Source of the DNA: Paraspadella gotoi
Taxonomy: Eukaryota > Animalia > Chaetognatha
Direction: 5' to 3'
Assembly: GCA_051294375.1 (NCBI GenBank)
Contig: JBJCIZ010000068.1
Location: 1 to 16,232 of the forward strand
DNA length: 16,232 nucleotides
Below the pieces are notes generated by a model that was not told the origin of the DNA, made no database searches, and was given only the letters and a program-made list of their open reading frames with translations. Shown here one piece after another: positions 9,976-16,232 of this stretch. A program made the translations under genes and the position numbers. Positions within the stretch are counted from its first letter, which is position 1; every line of letters begins with the position of its first letter.

Positions 9976-9985
9976 CGATGCACCA
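9976..9985 (-). promoter_or_regulatory. Primer-binding site, tRNA-Gly(GCC) type
   Basis: Minus strand reads ...CCAACA-G-TGGTGCATCG. This is complementary to the 3' end CGATGCA-CCA of invertebrate-type tRNA-Gly(GCC); the tRNA sequence is recalled, not searched. Confidence 0.7.
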
Positions 9986-9986
9986 C

Positions 9987-10368
9987 TGTTGGGGGTGGTT
10001 TTATGAAGAATCACGGTGGACGATGACGATGGGCGCTGACCTCTGCGGCGGCGCGATAAGGAACTCCCAACTGATTGGCCACGCGGGAGGAGACCAGCAA
10101 ACGGGCGGCACGGCTTGACAGTCCACGGCTACCTTAATATGTGATCTGCGAGATCGAGAACATAATACGAAAGGAGCGACACCATCGATTAGATTATGGT
10201 ATTCATGCACTTGCCCCATATATTAATAATGGCCACGATACTTAGACTGGAAAACAATGCAAATGAAATCCAAATGTTAATCAAATAATATTCAAAAAGG
10301 TATCACAAAATAATGATTATAATCATGAGTCTTTTAATGTTTCGTTGATCGAGAATTACGCTCCAACA
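9987..10368 (-). repeat. 5' LTR (382 bp)
   Basis: Perfect 6-bp inverted termini TGTTGG (9987-9992) and CCAACA (10363-10368), fitting the TG...CA rule. The inner end is 1 nt from a TGG-starting PBS. The outer end coincides exactly with the abrupt start of satellite sequence. Confidence 0.8.
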
Positions 10369-11640
10369 CAGAGTGGCGCCCACTGACACGGAGTCTCTAA
10401 GGATGTGTGACGGTTTCAGGTGGGCGCCACTCCGTGTCACAAACAGTTATTTTGTGGCTTAATCCCCATATTTAACCCCCGCACTAAAAAGCCCACCTTC
10501 CCATATTTTTTTTTAGATAACAAAAAGATGAATTTTCCATCTTTGTGACACAGAGTGGGCGCCCACTTGACACGGAGTTCTCTAAGGGGATGTGTGACGG
10601 TCAGTGGGCGCCACTCCCGGTGTCACAAACAGTATTTTTGTGCTTAATCCCATATTTTAACCCCGCACTAAAAAGCCCCAGCCTTCCCCCATATTTTTTT
10701 TAGATACAAAAAAGATGAAATTTCATCTTTGTGACACAGAGTGGCGGCCCACTTGACACGGGTTTCTCTTAAGGGATGTGTGACGCGTCAGTGGGCGCAC
10801 TCCGTGTCACAAACAGTTATTTCTTTGTGTTAATCCCCATATTTAACCCCCGCACTAAAAAGTGCCCCAGCCTTCCCATTATTTTTTTTAGATACAAAAA
10901 AGCATGGAATTTTCATCTTTGTGACACAGAGTGGCGCCCACTGACACGGAGTTTCCTCTAAAGGATGTGTGACGGTCAGTGGGCGCCACTCCGTGTCACA
11001 ACACAGTATTTTTGTGCTTAATCCCATATTTAACCCCCGCCACTAAAAGCCCCAGCCTCCCCATATTTTTCTTTTTATAGATACAAAAAAGATGAATTTT
11101 CATCTTTGTGACAACAGAGGTTTGGCGCCCACTGACAGGAGTTTCCAAGGGATGTGTGACGGTCAGTGGCGCGCCACTCCGTGTCACAAACAGTATTTTT
11201 GATGCTTAAATCCCCATATTTAACCCCGCCACTAAAAAAGCCCGCCTTCCCCATATTTTTTTAAGATACAAAAAGATGAATGTTTCATCTTTGTGACACC
11301 AGAGTGGCGCCCACTGACACGGAGTTCTTAAGGATGTGTGACGGTCAGTGGGGCGCGCACTTCCGTGTCACAACAGGTATTTTGTGCTTAATCCCCATAT
11401 TAACCCCCGCACTAAAATAAAGCCCCCAGCCTTTCCCCATATTTTTAGATTTACAAAAAAGATGGGGAATTTTCATCTTTGTGCACAGAGTGGCGCCCAC
11501 TGACACGGAGTTTCGTCTAAGGGATGGTTGTTACTTCACGGTACAAAAGTGGTCGCCTAGCCTCCTGTCAACAAAACAGTATTTTTGTGCTTAGATCGCC
11601 CCATTATTTAAACCCCCGCTCGCACCTTGAAAATTATTTA
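10369..11640. repeat. Tandem satellite A, ~185-bp monomer, ~7 copies, with internal 28-bp inverted repeat
   Basis: The motif CTTTGTGACACAGAGTGGCGCCCACTGAC recurs near 10541, 10727, 10917, 11104, 11289 and 11477 (spacing 185-190). Differences between copies are mostly small indels. Confidence 0.95.
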
Positions 11641-14030
11641 ACCGCTCTCTTTCCAGACCTTCTTTACTTTCTCCTTTATAGTATTATTATTTAGATTCGA
11701 CAATAATTAATGCGGTATGTAGTTTTTAAATACTTTCATCTTTCGTTTTATCACAGAGTTGGTTCGACCATTCGGAGACTGAACAAAAGAGACGGGTTCT
11801 TGCCCGTCTTTATATATGTGAAGTATTTTTGTGTGCTTTGTTACATTTGTTCGCAACAAAATCCGGCAATTTGTTTTGTTTGGTTTTTTCTGGCCATCGT
11901 CTCCCTCCGTGTCCACTTTTCTCACAATAAGTTTTTTTGTAGTGACTCCTCTATATATACGAACAACGATTATTTAAACCCGTTCTCTGGGTGCTACTTT
12001 GACACCAGCTTATAATAAGTCTCACCCTGCGTGATCTGAGAGTGACGAGATTCCCCATAGTATGGTTTATAAATCTTAGCAATATACTCACACTCACAAA
12101 AGAGAAAAGGAGAATGAGAGAGATTTTCAGTCTTTAATGCGATTGAACAACAAAGAGTTGAGAGCGCCCAAGAGCTGAGAGAATCTCTACGTAGTTTGTT
12201 CTTCTTGAGTGAAAATGTGTCGGTAATTTAAAAAACGAGAGCTAATTAAGTAGGTGACCGTCGCTCCACTCCGTGTCACAAACAGTACCCTTATTTATAT
12301 GTGCTCTTAACAACCTCGATTGATGTTATTATCGCCACAGTATTTAACCCCAGCTCTTCTAAACCTCAGATATGTCTTATTTCTTCTTCTCCCTGCCTCT
12401 CGACCCAATATTTAATTATTCTAATACTCGAGAAAGATAATTTTCATCTTTGTGACACTCGCTAGTTAGATGGAACATTTTCTTCTCAATCTCGTTACAC
12501 GGAGTTCTTCATAAGTTGGAGTGTGTTTTTTTGTACTTGTCAGTGGTGCGCCACTCTCGTGTCACAAGTCTCTTATGTTTAAATTTATGTTTATCTCTGT
12601 TGGAAGAACTTACGTACTGCGCGTATGTTATTTTTCGATTTTATCCCCTCCGCACTATTTAACATTAGAAAAAGTGCCCGCAAGCTTCCCATATTTTTTT
12701 TAGATACAAAAGATGAATTTCATGCTTTTGTGGACACAGAGTGGCGGCCAATGACACGGAGTTTTCTTCTAAGGGATGTGTGCGTCATGGGCCAACATCG
12801 CTGTGTGCTCGCGCGATGGTATTTTTTTGTGATGCTCTTATTATTACATGGCAACCATACTCAGTTTAACGCCTTTGCGGCGTGTTCTCTAAATAGATAT
12901 TATAATGACTTCCTATTTGTCATAATGTGGTGACACCCATAAATTATTATTTCTGTCTATATATCATCTGTTATTATATATAAAGAGGTTATGATTCAAT
13001 ATTTCTTCAATTCTATCTAGATGAGACAACCAAGTGCGTTTTCTTGGTGTGGTCTTAAACGTTCCACTTGTATCACTAGGTTTAGATTGCTACGTAAGAG
13101 GGAGAATAAGGCGTGGATAATAATTGTAAGAGAAACGAGAGGGGTACAGAGTGAAGAGAGAGAGCACTAAAATAAATGAGAGACATACTTTGTGTGCTTA
13201 CATAGCTTTATTGTTAATATGAGCTCATTAAAAAAATGCCACTCATTCTTTATATATTATAACCTGTCCCGCCACTATAAATCAGACAAACCGACTTTTA
13301 CTCATACCTCTCCTCTGTTATGGAGTAGTACCATAATATGCAGAGAGATATTAAGAATTTTTTTCATTTGTCACTCTTAGTTTCTTGGGCGGAACCCATC
13401 TTCGGTTTTCCCGGTGAGTTTCTCGATAAGAGTGTTATTTGTCTTGTGCGTGTTTCTAGCATGTCGAGAACACAGCGTGGGCGCGCGTTTTTCTTTGCTT
13501 TTTTAACCGCTCTCGTTGTCACATAATCTCATGTTGGTGAATTATTATTGGGTCGTTGCTCTCCGCTCTCGTATATTTAATTGTATATAACCCTTTATCA
13601 ACTTCATTTTAACTAATAGCAACGCTCGGTCTCTTTATCGGTCCGTATATTTTTTATTCATGTATTATTACAATATGAAGGAAAAATTTCAGATTTGTGC
13701 CGGTGTGTGTTATAACCAGGTGTAGTTTGTATCGTCCTTTTTACATTGGCCGCACTAGACACAAGTGGTTTCTTCGTTCTAATATAGTTTTAATAGTAGT
13801 GTTTACTCATGGTTCTAGTGGACAGAGGCGACACACATAGTCGTTCTCGTTCACAGAATACATGTAATCGTTTTTTTATGTGCTTCTTTATATAGAGTCA
13901 GCCTGCAGAGTAATATGCTATAAACCCATAAAACTCTAAACGGCGAAACAGATAAAAGAGACCCGACCGAAAGCGGCAGATTCATCACACATTATAATTG
14001 TGATAGTATGTAGAAATAATTTGTATAAAT
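11641..14030. repeat. Highly degraded or noisy continuation of satellite A
   Basis: Recognisable remnants include CACTCCGTGTCACAAACAGT (~12267), TTTTCATCTTTGTGACAC (~12441), GTCAGTGGTGCGCCACTC (~12539) and GACACAGAGTGGCGGCCAATGACACGGAG (~12733), with fainter traces to ~13900. Confidence 0.65.
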
Positions 14031-16232
14031 AGTTTTGATAAAAAGATATTTAATAACTGTCCTCACCCAATTTTAACAAACCTCGATTGATGTTATTTTG
14101 CAGAAGTATTTAAACGTTTTTATTTTCTTTTATTTCTTTAAAAATATCGTTTTCCGGTTGTTTTAGAAATTTTTTATCTCTTTTTTACATTGAAAAAAGC
14201 GTTTTTCTTTGTTTTTAAAGTTGTTATCTTCTTTGGAAATATGCGTCTGCCGGTGTATTTAACGTTTTTATTTACTTTTAACTTTAGAAAAGTCGTTATC
14301 GGTGTTTTTTAACTCTTTTTTACATTGGAAAAAACGTTTGCGTTTATTTTTTAAAGTTTTTTATTTCTTTTCTACATTGGGAAAAAATCGTTTTCTGTTA
14401 TTTTTAAAGTTTTCATATTCTTTTTACAGAGAAAAAAGTCGTTTTCTGGTTGTATTTAACGTTTTTATCTATTGAGAGTGAGAGAAAGCTACATTAAAAT
14501 TAAAAGAGAAAAGAGGAGAGAGAAAGGAGGACATAAAAATAAAAGAGAGGAAATTGTTGTTGTTTTGATAAAAAGATATTTAATAAACTCTCCTCACCCA
14601 ATTTTTAAACAACCTCCGCCCCGATGATGTTCATTTGCAGAAGTATGTAACGTTTTTATTTCTTTTTTCTTTTAAAAATATCGTTTTCCGGGTGTTTTAG
14701 AAATTTTTTTATCTCTTTTACATTGGAAAGCGTTTTTTCTTTGTTTGTTAAAGTTGTTATCTCTTTGGAATATCGTTTGCCGGTGTATTTAACGTTTTTA
14801 TTACTTTTTACTTAGAAAGGTTCGTTTATCGGTGTTTTTTAACTCTTTTTACATTGGAAAAAAACGTCTGCCGCTTTTTTTTTTAAGTTTTTTATTTCTT
14901 TTTACATTGTAAAAATCGTTTTCGTTATTTTTTTAAAGTTTTTATATCTTTTTTACAGAGAAAAAGTCGTTTTCTGGGTGTATTTAACGCTTTTATATCT
15001 ATGAGAGTGAGAGAAAGCTACATAAATTAAAGAGAAAAGATGAGAGAGAAGGAGACAAAAAATAAAAGGAGGGAAATTTGTTTGTTTTGATTAAACGTTA
15101 TTTAAAAGAATATTTAAAACTGTCCTTATCAATTTTAACAACCTCGATGATGTTTATTTGCAGAAGTATTTAACGTTTTTATTCTTTTTTTCTTTGAAAA
15201 TATCGTTTTCCGGTGTTAGAAATTTTTTATCTCTTTTTACATTGGAAAAAGCGTTGTCTCTGTTTTTAAAGTTGTTATTCTCTTTGGAAATATGTCTGCC
15301 GGTGTATTTTAACGTTTTTTATCCTTTTTACTTTAGAAAAGTCGTTTATCGGTGTTTTTAACTCTTTTTACATTGGAAAAATCGTTTGCCGGTTTTTTAA
15401 AAGTTTTTATTTCTTTTTTACAATGGAAAAAATCGTTTTCTGTTATTTTTAAAATTTCATATCTTTTTACAAGAGAAAAAGTCGTTTTTCTGCTGTATTT
15501 ACGTTTTTATCTATTGAGAGTGAGAGAAAGCGCTACATTAAAATAAAGAAGAAAGAGGAGAGAGAAGGAGACATAAAAAATAAAGAGAGAAATTTGGTTT
15601 GTGTTTTGATTAAAAAATATTTTATAAACTGTCCTCACCCAATTTTAACCACCTCGATTATGTTATTTGCAGAAGTATTTAACGTTTTTATTTCTTTTTT
15701 CTTTTAAAAAGTATCGTTTTTCCGGGTTTTAGAAATTTTTTATTCTCTTTTTACATTGAAAAAGCGTTTTTCTTTGTTTTTAAAGTTGCTTATCTCTTTT
15801 GGAAATATCGTCTTGCCGGGTGTATTTAACGTTTTTTATTACTTTTACCTTTAGAAAAGTCGTTTTCGGTGTTTTTTAAACTCTTTTTTTTACATTTGGA
15901 AAAAAAAACGTTTGCCGTTTTTTTTTTAAGTTTTTATTTTCTTTTTACATTGGAAAAAAATCGTTTCTCTGTTATTTTTAAAGTTTTCAATCTTTTACCA
16001 GAGAAAAGTCGTTTTTCTGTGTATTTAACCGTTTTTTATCTATTGAGGTTGAAGAAACTACAATAAAATTAAAGAGAAAGAGAGAGAGAAGGAGACATAA
16101 AATAAAAAGAGAAGGAATTTGTTTGTTTTGATTTAAAACGTATTTAAAAGGATATGTAATAACTGTCCTTACCCAATTTTACAACCTCATTGATGTTATT
16201 TGCAGAAGTATTTAACGTTTTTATTTCTTTTT
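14031..16232. repeat. Tandem satellite B, ~530-bp AT-rich monomer (>4 copies) made of ~40-50-bp subrepeats plus a purine-rich block
   Basis: ACCTCGATTGATGTTATTTGCAGAAGTATTTAACG variants occur near 14080, 14612, 15141, 15651 and 16185. The GAGAGTGAGAGAAAG block recurs near 14474, 15003, 15516 and 16045. Confidence 0.93.

Larger units (their letters stand above)
1..10368 (-). mobile_element. Ty3/Gypsy (Metaviridae) LTR retrotransposon, 3' end outside window, apparently carrying a third ORF
   Basis: Minus-strand order is LTR - PBS - gag - PR - RT - RNase H - IN. Integrase after RT/RH and the GPY/F-like motif indicate Gypsy rather than Copia. No second LTR copy is visible, so the left boundary is open and inclusion of 1-3400 is inferred. 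Confidence 0.9.

Noticed and set aside
9431-10219. Small ORFs in the leader and LTR (9431..9718, 9627..9824, 10001..10219)
   Set aside because: They are short, have no domain signal, and lie in expected non-coding regulatory sequence.
10374-10382. TGGCGCCCA next to the LTR as a tRNA-Lys PBS of a plus-strand element
   Set aside because: The same 9-mer occurs in every satellite monomer as part of the inverted repeat. Gag and pol are on the minus strand with their own PBS at 9976-9985.
10369-11640. CRISPR array (palindromic repeats at regular spacing)
   Set aside because: The intervening sequences are also repeated, so there are no unique spacers. The period is ~185 bp, there are no cas genes, and the context is eukaryotic.
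11641-14030. Gradient of satellite decay as a genuine evolutionary signal
   Set aside because: The divergence is dominated by scattered insertions that inflate the monomer, typical of unpolished noisy long-read sequence. It cannot be trusted without raw reads.
10776-16066. ORFs of 60-100 aa within the satellites
   Set aside because: They are translations of tandem repeats and Phe/Leu/Lys-biased low-complexity DNA, and frames are not conserved between monomers.

Overview
This is eukaryotic, probably invertebrate, repeat-rich DNA from a noisy assembly with five 10-N gaps and many homopolymer indels. Positions 1-10368 hold a minus-strand Ty3/Gypsy LTR retrotransposon. It has a 382-bp 5' LTR (TGTTGG...CCAACA, 9987-10368), a tRNA-Gly-type PBS, a ~0.9-kb leader, a gag without a zinc knuckle, a likely -1 frameshift signal, and pol (PR-RT-RNase H-IN) broken by one 1-nt indel. 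The main point of interest lies downstream of integrase, in the env position and with no LTR in between. A large co-oriented third ORF (2938 to <1, fragmented by gaps and indels) encodes a DEDDy 3'-5' exonuclease with all catalytic residues intact. This is followed by a Thr-rich linker, a helical region and what looks like a second, catalytically dead exonuclease domain; by eye, that C-terminal half resembles Mut-7/Nibbler/EXD3. The 3' LTR is outside the window, so membership of this ORF in the element is inferred. The LTR directly abuts a ~185-bp hairpin-containing satellite (10369-~11640, degrading to ~14000). A ~530-bp AT-rich satellite built from ~40-50-bp subrepeats runs from there to the window end.
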